This document shows positions 7,484-17,280 of a DNA stretch of 64,000 bases, one piece after another; the first letter of the stretch is position 1, and every line of letters starts with the position of its first letter. The position numbers and the translations under genes are program-made. The notes under the pieces are model-generated. The model did no database searches and was not told the DNA's origin. It saw only the letters and a program-made list of their open reading frames with translations. The stretch lies in IMG/VR virus record IMGVR_UViG_3300008111_000023, positions 1-64,000 of that record. One strand, written 5' to 3'. Source of the stretch: a virus. Lineage: Duplodnaviria; Caudoviricetes.

Positions 7484-9258
7484 TCAACAATCTCCACATC
7501 TGTTGAATAACTAGTAAATCCGTTTTCTTTGATCACCTTAAGAACATGATTAACACGGCTGGTTAAATCGTCTCTATGTGAAATCAAGAACACATTTTTG
7601 TTGCGTTCACGAGTCATCTTCTTAAGAACAGCAATACTACTTTCAACACCACTTGCATCCATACCGCTGTCTACTAGTTCGTCAATGAATAGTAGGTTAA
7701 TAGCTTGATATAGGTTTTCCCATACATCGCGGAATGCCCATGACATCGATAATATCAATCGATTGCGTTCACCGCGTGACAGATTGTCAAAGTCTAAGTC
7801 TTGACCTAACTGGGTAATAATAACAGTAAGGTCGTTCTGAAATTCAACTGTATGTGGAAGTCCAATGCGATCGAGATAATAGGTCAATCTTTGATTCAAA
7901 TAGGCTAAGTTTTGATCAATGATACGCTTGCGAATAAACGAATCTTTATTAGTCAACAGTTTATGTAAAAATTCTTGGTGTTCTTTAATCCTAACCAATG
8001 TGTTTACATTATCAAAATTAATTTCTTGTACCGCTGTGTTGCGTAATTCGTCAATCTGTTCAATGTAGGGATTATTTTCAGCGACCTTTACTTCTAGATC
8101 ACGTTCTAATCCGCTAAGAGTATTTTTATGATTTAGTGCTTGCTCTAAATTGTCGTAAATTACACTTGGACACGCACCTAGTTCACCAATTAAACTAATC
8201 GCCTCGTTGAGTTCGCTTAGTTCTTCGCTGTGAGTTTTTAAATGTCCTTGACTTTCTTCAACCTGTTTAACTTTGGCAGTCATCATCTCGTCGTGTTTGA
8301 CATCGTGAATGTCTTGACCACAACTATGACATTTATGATCTGCTAGAGTTGTTAACTCTCGCTCTAACTTGTCTAGATTTTTTTGCTCTCGTTCTAGAGT
8401 ACTAGTTTGTTTAGCAATCAAAGCAGTTAGACTATCTCGTTCTTTTTTGCTTTTTGTCCATTCAATTAACGATCGTTGATTGGCAATTTCTTCGTCGATG
8501 TTAATATCTAATAGTTTTTCTATTGCTTTGGTTAAATTGGCAAGAGCTGTTTCGTGTTGTTCTTCCCATAACCGTTGTTTGCGTTCTAACGATTCAATAC
8601 TCTGTTGAATTCGATCATTAGACACTTTAATTGTTTCAATTTTTGTATTTTCTGTAGCAATAGAGTCTTTGCTATTTTTAATTTGTTCTTTTAATGCTTC
8701 GGCTTTTTCACTTAATTGTGTAATACCTAACAACTGTTCGATAATAGCACGTTGGTCAGCTGCCTTCATTGACAAGAAAGGTTCAGTGTAGGTATTCAAA
8801 GCCACAAGATGTTTAAACATATCGTGAGTCATACCAAAAACTTCTTCAATAGCCTTTTGTGTTTCTCTACTATCGCCTTGAGCTTCATCAGTTTCTAATG
8901 AAGATTGTTCGTGTCCGTTAACACTAAACTTTAGGACATTAGGTTTACGACCTCTCTCAATGTGATAATCAACACCGTCTTTTTCAAAACTAACTGTACA
9001 TAACATACCCTTGTTGTTAATTTTGTTAACAAGGTTATCTTTTTTAATATTAGTTAGAGCATTGCCGTAGATAGCATAGCTGAGACCATTGATGATTGTA
9101 GTTTTACCAGTACCATTACGAGCACCGCTGTCGTCGCCACCTAGATCTAGATTTTCACCTAGTACAAGGGTTAACTGGCCTTTGTCAAATGTAATAGCCT
9201 GCGTTTGAGCTCCAACGCTCATAAAATTTCTAACGGTTAAATCTTTAATCTTTATCAT
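7480..9258 (-). CDS. gp46: Recombination endonuclease ATPase subunit (gp46 / SbcC / Rad50)
   Basis: Walker A NGTGKTT, coiled coils with zinc hook CHSC, signature LSRGE, Walker B LFIDE, H-loop ISH. Confidence 0.95.
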   Translation of the reverse strand: MIKIKDLTVRNFMSVGAQTQAITFDKGQLTLVLGENLDLGGDDSGARNGTGKTTIINGLSYAIYGNALTNIKKDNLVNKINNKGMLCTVSFEKDGVDYHIERGRKPNVLKFSVNGHEQSSLETDEAQGDSRETQKAIEEVFGMTHDMFKHLVALNTYTEPFLSMKAADQRAIIEQLLGITQLSEKAEALKEQIKNSKDSIATENTKIETIKVSNDRIQQSIESLERKQRLWEEQHETALANLTKAIEKLLDINIDEEIANQRSLIEWTKSKKERDSLTALIAKQTSTLEREQKNLDKLERELTTLADHKCHSCGQDIHDVKHDEMMTAKVKQVEESQGHLKTHSEELSELNEAISLIGELGACPSVIYDNLEQALNHKNTLSGLERDLEVKVAENNPYIEQIDELRNTAVQEINFDNVNTLVRIKEHQEFLHKLLTNKDSFIRKRIIDQNLAYLNQRLTYYLDRIGLPHTVEFQNDLTVIITQLGQDLDFDNLSRGERNRLILSMSWAFRDVWENLYQAINLLFIDELVDSGMDASGVESSIAVLKKMTRERNKNVFLISHRDDLTSRVNHVLKVIKENGFTSYSTDVEIVD

Positions 9259-10265
9259 AGGTTATTATAAATGTCTAATAGAAGAGCTTTGTCAAATGCA
9301 TCGCTGTCGATGGCATTGATTTGATTCATAACAATAGTGTCAACACTTTCAAAATTGATATCAATTGGAGTAGATTGTGCATCTACTTCTACCTTTTCTG
9401 GTATTAACATAAGTTCTCGAAGATTGTATTGAGGAACAAATGTTTCTTTAATAAAATTAGCTTCTTCAAAACTAATTGGCAAATCGATTGTGACGCGGCA
9501 ATGCATTTTTTCTTTCAGCAGGTCGTCGGGTTTGTCAATGATCTGACTCAATTTAAATGTTCTGTATACAGGTTGCCCTGGCCATGTTTTAAACTCCGGC
9601 GTACCTCCCCACTCTAACATCATCATACCTCGATCATCATCGCCTGCATCTGCATAATTGTGCGGAAACGCATTGCCAATATAATGTATGTTTCTATTGT
9701 GTTGACGCTTGTGAAAGTGACCAGTAAACACATATTCTTGGTTAACAAAATGGCTACTTTGTACTTGTCCGTGATCCGGCATTTGCACCATAGCATTCAT
9801 GTAAAAGCTGGGCAATTCTAAATGTCCAAACAAATACTTGCTTTTGATATTGGGAATGTTTTTCCACTCGTCAGCTACCAACCAAGGCATAATAGTGACA
9901 TCGCCTTCTGTCAACGTTTCCTTAATAGGAACTACATTTGGAAACAGTCGCATAAATTCAACAGAGTTAATCTCACGCTTGTCCTTGTAGAACAAGTCGT
10001 GATTGCCTAGAATAAAATAGACTTTTTCAAACGACTGACTTAGTTTTTCTAAGTTGGACACAGTATAGTTCATAGTACTAACATCGGTAGTACTACGATT
10101 ATGATGCCAATCGCCTAGAAAGATTGCAGTTTCACAACCTTCTTTTTTAGCAGTCTCACAGAACCAAGAAACAAAATCTTCACAATCTTGATTATGTGTA
10201 CGACTACCAGACTTTAGACCAAAATGAATATCGGTAAAACAGGCTACTTTTTTAAATAGTGACAT
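9255..10265 (-). CDS. gp47: Recombination endonuclease nuclease subunit (gp47 / SbcD / Mre11)
   Basis: Metallophosphoesterase motifs DIHFG, LGD, GNHD, GHFH; overlaps gp46. Confidence 0.95.
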   Translation of the reverse strand: MSLFKKVACFTDIHFGLKSGSRTHNQDCEDFVSWFCETAKKEGCETAIFLGDWHHNRSTTDVSTMNYTVSNLEKLSQSFEKVYFILGNHDLFYKDKREINSVEFMRLFPNVVPIKETLTEGDVTIMPWLVADEWKNIPNIKSKYLFGHLELPSFYMNAMVQMPDHGQVQSSHFVNQEYVFTGHFHKRQHNRNIHYIGNAFPHNYADAGDDDRGMMMLEWGGTPEFKTWPGQPVYRTFKLSQIIDKPDDLLKEKMHCRVTIDLPISFEEANFIKETFVPQYNLRELMLIPEKVEVDAQSTPIDINFESVDTIVMNQINAIDSDAFDKALLLDIYNNL

Positions 10266-10280
10266 AGGATCTCCTTAGTT

Positions 10281-10309
10281 ATTATAACAGGTAAACAAGG
10301 TGAGATCAA
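10281..10309 (-). promoter_or_regulatory. Sigma70-type promoter for the gp47-gp46-GIY-YIG operon
   Basis: TTGATC-N17-TATAAT with extended -10 TG, followed by an AAGGAG RBS and ATG. Confidence 0.7.
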
Positions 10310-11172
10310 TCCCAATCACCGCCGTCCACCGGAGTAGTACTAACCGGACCATAACTAGCCCCACCTTTGCCCGCAGCGTTCTGTCTAGTCCAACTTGGAT
10401 TCATTCCGTTTATTTCTAAAATGTCATCTCGAATATTTTGATTGCGTTTTTCAATATTGATAATTCTAACAAAACTGTTAGTCACTGCGGCAGTATAATA
10501 GGCAAACGGATTATCTGATTTCGATTCGTCAAACTGTAGACCAATTTGTGTCAACTGGAGAATAGCCTGCCCACGCATTTCATCATTGTAAGTATACCCG
10601 CGAACGTTTCCTCTTGTGGCATATCGCTCGCAGAGTTTTAAAAACATACGAGCTAGATTGTTAGTCATCTGACCATGTTCTTTGTTAAATGAGCCAGTGT
10701 CTAAATCTCCCTTCCAATGACTTTTACCTACACATATAAGATTGTTATTGTCATCAAACTTCCAATGTTGGAACGGAGGAAAGTTCACCTTGTCGTGACT
10801 GTCTGCGGTATTTTTCAAAGTCTTTTTGCGACCAGGAGCCAACGGTATGTGATCAAAGGTCATAACCCTAAAAACAACGTCAGTTTTTTTAATAGTTTTG
10901 TAGTCAACTTCAAATTCTTTAGCTGGAATTTTCTTTCCGCCTGACTGTGCAATTTCGTGATTTTTTTTACCTATTTTTATTGCTCTGCTACGTTTAGCAT
11001 CGGCAATTGACCTAATATTAATTTTAGATAAATTTGAAATTATTAGATCATAATCTCCATATGCAGGATCAGTATAGGAACAATAGGTGTTTTTACTTAG
11101 ATGAATTTCTTTTAGTAAATCCTTATTAGTAAGATACTTGATCTTGGGAGGTTGAGTGGGCATTATTGTCAT
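10306..11172 (-). CDS. gp55: Late-transcription sigma factor, gp55-like
   Basis: YLTNKDLL N-terminus; RGYTYNDEM...FDESKSDNPFAYYT.....SFVR; sits next to gp47/gp46 as in T4-like phages. Confidence 0.85.
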   Translation of the reverse strand: MTIMPTQPPKIKYLTNKDLLKEIHLSKNTYCSYTDPAYGDYDLIISNLSKINIRSIADAKRSRAIKIGKKNHEIAQSGGKKIPAKEFEVDYKTIKKTDVVFRVMTFDHIPLAPGRKKTLKNTADSHDKVNFPPFQHWKFDDNNNLICVGKSHWKGDLDTGSFNKEHGQMTNNLARMFLKLCERYATRGNVRGYTYNDEMRGQAILQLTQIGLQFDESKSDNPFAYYTAAVTNSFVRIINIEKRNQNIRDDILEINGMNPSWTRQNAAGKGGASYGPVSTTPVDGGDWD

Positions 11173-11220
11173 TGTTATAGAATTCTCCAGTAGTTAATAT
11201 AATAGCATATTTTGTCAAGA

Positions 11221-11227
11221 ATAAATA
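11221..11227 (+). promoter_or_regulatory. Late promoter ATAAATA for the baseplate operon
   Basis: Motif 26 nt before the ATG at 11254, at the head of the structural module. Confidence 0.6.
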
Positions 11228-11253
11228 GAGTATACAAGGAATAATCATTCAAA

Positions 11254-12408
11254 ATGTCACTATCTATTAACCCTTTGGCAAAATTAGTTTCCAGCGTGTC
11301 GTCTCAAGTTAGTGCAGCAGCAGATGCTGCCAGCGGCGCACTAAAAAGTGATAATTTTGCTGCTTTAAAATCTAACCTAGACTCAACTGTTGGTCGTTTA
11401 AGCGGCGAAATTGGCAGCGGTTTAAACGGCATGACAGCGTCGGCTAATACTTTTTTGAATGACGCTAAAGGAGCATTAGGACAAGCTACCGGCGCACTTG
11501 GCGGTATTACAGGTGCCTTAGGTGGAGTTAGCAGCACTATACAAAGTCTAGCGTCAAACGCTACTGGAGCATTAGGTGGTATTGCAGGCCAGTTAGGTGG
11601 CGCAGCAGGATCAATAAGTAATGCTGGCGCAGCAATTGGTGCAAGTTTGAACAAGTTAGGATTATCCAGTGGTGGCCTTGGCGGCATTGCTTCACTAGCT
11701 ACTTCAGTTTCGTCAGCAGCTGGCATGGTTAATAATTTATTAAGTATGGCAAGAGGAAAAAATCTGCCTAGCGGTGCAGAATTATTTAGTCAGGAAGGGG
11801 CCTTTGTAAAATTAGAAACTGGTTCAGCAGAAGACTGGCGTGTAAAATTAAATGCAAATTTTGGTCTGTTTGGTAGTGCATTCAGTCGACTTTCTGCTAC
11901 AGGCGGTTTTGTTTGGCCCTATCTTCCGTCAATTACTGTATCCTCAAAAGCCAACTATACTCAAATAGATCCAACGCATAACCTACAACCGTTCTATGCT
12001 TACAAAAACAGTCAAATAGATGATATCACTATCTCCGGAGAGTTTTCTGTTGAAAGTGAATTAGATGCTGGTTATTGGATTGAAGGCACTACTTTTTTAA
12101 AAACAGCCACTAGGATGTTTTATGGTACAGGGCCTAATCAAGGAAACCCTCCAATAATTTGTAATCTATCAGGGTATGGTGCTAGGGTGTTTTCTGGTGT
12201 ACCGGTTATAGTAAAAAGTTTTACAGTAGATTTTAAAGATGATGTATCTTATATAAAATACACTAAAGGTGGCGCACCTACATGGGTGCCTGCAATGAGC
12301 ACAATATCTGTGACAGTTTCTCCAATCTATAATCGAACACGATTGAGACAATTTAATCTTACACAATATGCCAACGGAAATATTGTAGCAGGTCAAGGAT
12401 TCATCTAA
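11254..12408 (+). CDS. Baseplate tail-tube initiator-like protein (gp48/gp54-like) with a Gly/Ala/Ser-rich N-terminus
   Basis: C-terminal tube-fold-like region (WPYLPSITV, GNPPIICNLSGYG..FSGVPVIVKSFTVDF); position ahead of gp53, hub and gp5. Confidence 0.55.
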   Translation: MSLSINPLAKLVSSVSSQVSAAADAASGALKSDNFAALKSNLDSTVGRLSGEIGSGLNGMTASANTFLNDAKGALGQATGALGGITGALGGVSSTIQSLASNATGALGGIAGQLGGAAGSISNAGAAIGASLNKLGLSSGGLGGIASLATSVSSAAGMVNNLLSMARGKNLPSGAELFSQEGAFVKLETGSAEDWRVKLNANFGLFGSAFSRLSATGGFVWPYLPSITVSSKANYTQIDPTHNLQPFYAYKNSQIDDITISGEFSVESELDAGYWIEGTTFLKTATRMFYGTGPNQGNPPIICNLSGYGARVFSGVPVIVKSFTVDFKDDVSYIKYTKGGAPTWVPAMSTISVTVSPIYNRTRLRQFNLTQYANGNIVAGQGFI

Positions 12409-12409
12409 T

Positions 12410-12709
12410 ATGGCCAAATATCAAAAAGTATCTCCCTATTATAATACTCCACAGAACAATTTGTATCTAGACCTGTTGGCTATTCGACCCGTGCCTGCTG
12501 AAGCAGACGACTATCAATATACCATTGAAAATCAATACAAACATAGACCTGATTTATTAGCGTTTGATCTATACGGCAATGCTCAACTTTGGTGGGTATT
12601 TGTACAACGTAATATGGAAACAATCAAAGATCCAATATATGATTTTGCTCCCGGAACAGTAATTTACTGTCCAAAGAAATCAAATATAGAAAGATTTATT
12701 GGAATTTAA
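12410..12709 (+). CDS. gp53: Baseplate wedge protein gp53-like (LysM-like)
   Basis: RPDLLAFDLYGNAQLWWVF motif. Confidence 0.8.
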   Translation: MAKYQKVSPYYNTPQNNLYLDLLAIRPVPAEADDYQYTIENQYKHRPDLLAFDLYGNAQLWWVFVQRNMETIKDPIYDFAPGTVIYCPKKSNIERFIGI

Positions 12710-12710
12710 T

Positions 12711-15260
12711 ATGCCTGATTTTAGGAATATAGGACAGGCAATCGGTCAAGCTACTAGTGCAATATCTCAAATTGCATCAACATCTAATCTAGCCATTGGC
12801 ACTGTTAAGAATATCACTAAGTCTATCAGCGACTCGGCAGCTACATTTAATGTGTCTAAAATTGCTGACGTAGTTTCTAATCCTGGATTAACTCCTTTAT
12901 TAAAAGCATTTGGAGCAATTAAACCTCCAGCAGGCGGCCCGCCATATGATAATGTGCTAGAACAATTTGCATCGTATACTCCTCTATGGACTTTGTGCTG
13001 CTTAACACCAAATCAATTTAATGATCCTAGAACCTACAGGGGTTCTCCTGCCGCACTACAGAATATTGTAATTTCGTCTGGTGGACGACAGGATAAACAA
13101 CGAGTAAACACAGCCTACGGAGCTCCGGAGTATTATATTGACAATGTCACAATGGCTACGTCTCTTGGCGGTACTGCTAATGCTGGAAATACCAACGTCA
13201 CTGGATTTAAGTTTGAAGTATTCGAACCTTATTCACTAGGTTTATTCCTACAAAGTCTACAAGCGGCAGCTATAAATGCAGGATACCCTACCTATCTAAA
13301 TGATTGTCCATACCTTCTTAAACTTGAAATAAAGGGATCTAAAGATGACGGGTCTATGTATGCAGGAAAAGATGAATTAACAAAATATTTTACAATTAAG
13401 ATTACTAAGATTGAATTTAAAGTTGACGAAGCAGGCAGCAGATACAACGTAGAAGCTTCTCCCATGCACCATACTGGATTTAGTGATCTTGTTAATGTGT
13501 TTCCTAATGACATGAATGCTACAGGCATGACAGTTAGCGAGGTGTTGATTTCTGGACCTCAGAGTATATGCAGTGAACTTAATAAAATACAATTACAAAG
13601 AGTAGCAGATGGGCAGGCAATTTATCCAGACCTTTACGAGGTAGTATTTCCTTTTAACGAAAGTGATAAGGTTGGCTTAGATGGCGGAACTTCTACCGAA
13701 GTGTTAAAAGCCATGGCCGACCCTAAGGCTCAAAAAACTCAAAAGATTGACACTGCTAGACGAGAATCACAAGCCGAATCGTTTGGATTTGGAGCCATAG
13801 GAAAAGCCAGTATGGGATTTTCAGAAACATCTGGCGGTAATTATAATTTTAAATTGGCAGGGGATGTAGTTGACGAGCAGGGAAATATAGTAAGAGACAA
13901 CATGACTATTGATCCTAAACAGAGAGCTGTAAATTTTCCTCAAGGTACAAAAATTACAGAAGCCATTGTTCGAGTGCTACTTTCTTCGGAGTATTGTGTT
14001 AAAGCGGTTAAAGGAGAAAATATCAAAGACGGCGAAGTTGATTGGTTCAGAATTGATGTGCAAATTCAACTTTTAGATTTTGATTCTAAGCGTAATGTAA
14101 GAGCAAAAAAATACATCTATAGAGTTGTACCCTTCAAAGTCAGTGCAGCAGTGTTTTCAAATTCAACTAGTGCTACTGCTGGTGAAGCAAAATTACAACA
14201 AATCATAGCTAAACGCTATGACTATTTGTATACAGGCCAGAACAACAATATTTTAAAATTTGATTTACAATTTAATGGACAGTTTTTCACAGCTATTTCT
14301 CCAACACCTTTACAAAATAATGATAAAATTGCCAACAAGGATCAACAGAATACCAATGATGAAAAAACTTCTAAGGCAGAAATAAAAGAAGGCGATGCTC
14401 CTACTAGTGCGACTTCTGTAAATGGCTCAGCACCAGTGAAGCCGCATCCGTTGTTATCGTTTGCTTCAGCTACTGGAGAGAAGACAGTTGAGCAAATGGT
14501 AGCCGATAACTTTAACCAATCGTTTACTAGATCTATGGATATGATAGATGTAAAAATGGATATATTGGGTGATCTTTACTTTTTATCGGACAGCGGAATT
14601 AACTCGAATTATCTTGCAGAATATGGACCTAACAGTCAAATAAAAGCAGACGGTGCAATGAATTGGGAAGGCAGTGAAATTTTTATCTATATTACATGGC
14701 GTAATCCAGTTGAGCCCAACTTAGGAACTACCGGAAAAGGCGGCCTATACAATTTTCCCAACAGCGGCAAACCTACACCGTTTAGTGGTATCTATAAAGT
14801 GAAATCCGTAGAGAATAAATTCTCAGGAGGGGTATTTACACAAACATTAGACTTAGCCCGTCAACCTTTTCAGTCTATTGATTATGAAGGTCAAGTTAAG
14901 ATTGCTGGAGAAAACAGTGTTATGTACGATACAACAAAAGAAGAGAAACCTAAAACTAGTGTGTTTGATAATGCAGCTGATCAAGAAGATGCAGACCTAG
15001 GAGCAGCTATGAGAGCAAATGCCGCCGGCGGTAATTCAACAAGTGCAGCAACAGGTGTAGGCATTCCCGGAGAAGAAGCTGCCGCTGCCGGAACAGGAAG
15101 AACTATTAACATTGACCTTAGAGCCGAGCAACAAGAAGCTAGAGTATCAGCTTATCTACAGGCACGTGCCTCTGGTCAAAGCGAAGAACAAGCACAAAAC
15201 ATATCAGCAACTGTTGGTAATAATGTAGGTGCGGCAGCATTAGCCCGCATTAAAATATAA
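12711..15260 (+). CDS. Baseplate hub protein (gp27 / VgrG-N-like)
   Basis: Lies between gp53 and gp5; MDILGD and FSGIYKVKSVENKFSGGVFTQTLDL are typical hub C-terminal motifs. ATG at 12711 preferred over TTG at 12699. Confidence 0.6.
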   Translation: MPDFRNIGQAIGQATSAISQIASTSNLAIGTVKNITKSISDSAATFNVSKIADVVSNPGLTPLLKAFGAIKPPAGGPPYDNVLEQFASYTPLWTLCCLTPNQFNDPRTYRGSPAALQNIVISSGGRQDKQRVNTAYGAPEYYIDNVTMATSLGGTANAGNTNVTGFKFEVFEPYSLGLFLQSLQAAAINAGYPTYLNDCPYLLKLEIKGSKDDGSMYAGKDELTKYFTIKITKIEFKVDEAGSRYNVEASPMHHTGFSDLVNVFPNDMNATGMTVSEVLISGPQSICSELNKIQLQRVADGQAIYPDLYEVVFPFNESDKVGLDGGTSTEVLKAMADPKAQKTQKIDTARRESQAESFGFGAIGKASMGFSETSGGNYNFKLAGDVVDEQGNIVRDNMTIDPKQRAVNFPQGTKITEAIVRVLLSSEYCVKAVKGENIKDGEVDWFRIDVQIQLLDFDSKRNVRAKKYIYRVVPFKVSAAVFSNSTSATAGEAKLQQIIAKRYDYLYTGQNNNILKFDLQFNGQFFTAISPTPLQNNDKIANKDQQNTNDEKTSKAEIKEGDAPTSATSVNGSAPVKPHPLLSFASATGEKTVEQMVADNFNQSFTRSMDMIDVKMDILGDLYFLSDSGINSNYLAEYGPNSQIKADGAMNWEGSEIFIYITWRNPVEPNLGTTGKGGLYNFPNSGKPTPFSGIYKVKSVENKFSGGVFTQTLDLARQPFQSIDYEGQVKIAGENSVMYDTTKEEKPKTSVFDNAADQEDADLGAAMRANAAGGNSTSAATGVGIPGEEAAAAGTGRTINIDLRAEQQEARVSAYLQARASGQSEEQAQNISATVGNNVGAAALARIKI

Positions 15261-15298
15261 TGACAAACATAAAAACAAGTAGTTAACAAGGACATAAC

Positions 15299-16798
15299 AT
15301 GGCACAAGAAAAACGTTCACCAGAAAGGCCAGGAGGCAAAAAATTACCTGTTGGCATTTTGTTGGCTAAAGTTGTAAGCTACTTAGATCCATCGTTCATG
15401 TGCGGATTAGAAGTTACCTTGCTTAGAGAAAACGGAAATGACATTGGAGACACTGGACAATCATATCCGGTAAAGTACGCTAGCCCTTTTTATGGTATTA
15501 CTGCCTATGAAAACATGGGTCTTAATTTAACTGATTTTCACGATACTCAACAGGCCTATGGCATGTGGTTTCCTACAGTGGAAATAGGAACTACAGTTTT
15601 AGTGGCTTTTATCAATGGTGAAGTATCAGAAGGATACTTTATAGGATGTATTCCTAGTAGATTTATGAATCAAATGATGCCGGCAATTAGCGGAGCATCT
15701 GAGTTTGCAGCAACGCCTGAACAAAAAAAGAAATACGATACAACACAACCGTTACCTGTAGCGGAAATGAACAGGAAAGCAAACACGCTTGAAAAAGGCA
15801 CCAATACTGAAAAAATTAAAAAAGCCATACATCCTATTGCTGATAGATTTCTTAAACAGGGCCTCTTAGAAGATGATGTCCGCGGAGTTACTACTTCTAG
15901 TAGTAGACGTATGATTCCTAATTCAGTGTTTGGTATCAGCACCCCCGGACCGTTTGACCGCAGCACAAATGCTAAGAAACAATTTATTGGTAGCTCTCAA
16001 AGCAAAAGTCCTGTGCAATTACCTGCAAGTAGACTAGGTGGGACTACCCTAGTAATGGATGACGGCGACGATCGATATATTAGAAAAACGCCTGCAGGCG
16101 AAGGCCCTGTGTCATATGCTGATGTTAGCAAGAAAGAAAAAGGCAACGTCGATATTCCTTACAACGAATATGTTAGAATACGAACACGTACTGGACATCA
16201 ACTGTTGATGCACAATAGTGAAGATTTGATCTACATTGGAAATTCTAAAGGTACTACATGGATAGAATTAACCAGCAACGGTAAAATTGACATCTATGCC
16301 GAAGACAGCATCTCCATCCATACTGAAAACGATTTAAATTTTAGAGCCGACAGAGACATTAATTTTGAAGCAGGTAGAAATGTTAACATAAAAGCTGCCG
16401 GTGGAAAAATGCAATTAGAATCAGTTGGAAGCGTGAATATAATTGCTGCCGCTGACGGTAAAATTACTGTAGGAGCTGGATTTGATCTAGTGTCCGGATC
16501 GGGTACCAAGTTATCTTCAGGCGGAGCAACTAACATTAAATCATCAGGTACCAATATTGACGGCGGTAATATTAATTTAAATTCCGGACTAGCAGTAGCA
16601 GCAGCACCTGCCTCGCCACTGAAAACACACGTTAATCCTAAAACTAGTTCTAGCGGACAGTGGGGCAATAAAAAACGATATCAAACAGGAACTGCAACAA
16701 GTATAATGAAACGGATACCAATGCACGAACCGTGGACATTGCATGAAAACCAAGCTCCAAAACAATTAACGCCAACCAACACTGATAGGGAAACATAA
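15299..16798 (+). CDS. gp5: Central baseplate spike, gp5 / Vgr-like (OB-fold plus beta-helix, no lysozyme domain)
   Basis: YGMWFPTVEIGTTVLVAF..G....YFIGC OB-fold motif, RTRTGHQLLM, and short beta-strand repeats. Confidence 0.8.
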   Translation: MAQEKRSPERPGGKKLPVGILLAKVVSYLDPSFMCGLEVTLLRENGNDIGDTGQSYPVKYASPFYGITAYENMGLNLTDFHDTQQAYGMWFPTVEIGTTVLVAFINGEVSEGYFIGCIPSRFMNQMMPAISGASEFAATPEQKKKYDTTQPLPVAEMNRKANTLEKGTNTEKIKKAIHPIADRFLKQGLLEDDVRGVTTSSSRRMIPNSVFGISTPGPFDRSTNAKKQFIGSSQSKSPVQLPASRLGGTTLVMDDGDDRYIRKTPAGEGPVSYADVSKKEKGNVDIPYNEYVRIRTRTGHQLLMHNSEDLIYIGNSKGTTWIELTSNGKIDIYAEDSISIHTENDLNFRADRDINFEAGRNVNIKAAGGKMQLESVGSVNIIAAADGKITVGAGFDLVSGSGTKLSSGGATNIKSSGTNIDGGNINLNSGLAVAAAPASPLKTHVNPKTSSSGQWGNKKRYQTGTATSIMKRIPMHEPWTLHENQAPKQLTPTNTDRET

Positions 16799-16800
16799 AA

Positions 16801-17238
16801 ATGGCAAAAATATATAATAAAAAATCAGTAGCGTCGATGACTGCTAGTGCTGGAAACGCCAATACTTCTGCATTTACCTATAAAGGATTTAGTTCTCAAG
16901 AATCAAAATCATCTTTTAAACTCAACGATATTGCTTTAGTAAAACAGGACATTATCAATCATTTTTATATTCGTAAAGGTGAGAAATTAATGAATCCAGA
17001 CTTTGGAACAGTTATTTGGGATTTGTTATTTGAACAATTCACAGAAGAAGTAAAAAAATTAATTACAGAAGATGTTGAACAAATTATTAACTACGATCCT
17101 AGGATTGCTATCAACGGAGTGTTAATTGACAGCACTGATATGGGAATTAGAATAGAAGCAGATATAACATATATTCCTTTTAACATCAACGAACGCATGT
17201 CCTTTAACTTCGATAGAGAAAATAAACTTATAAACTGA
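16801..17238 (+). CDS. gp25: Baseplate wedge / sheath initiator gp25-like
   Basis: RKGEKLMNPDFGTVIWDLLFE...YDPRI motif. Confidence 0.9.
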   Translation: MAKIYNKKSVASMTASAGNANTSAFTYKGFSSQESKSSFKLNDIALVKQDIINHFYIRKGEKLMNPDFGTVIWDLLFEQFTEEVKKLITEDVEQIINYDPRIAINGVLIDSTDMGIRIEADITYIPFNINERMSFNFDRENKLIN

Positions 17239-17280
17239 CCACTTTATTTTTTAGTTAAATACACGATAGGATAGAAAAAT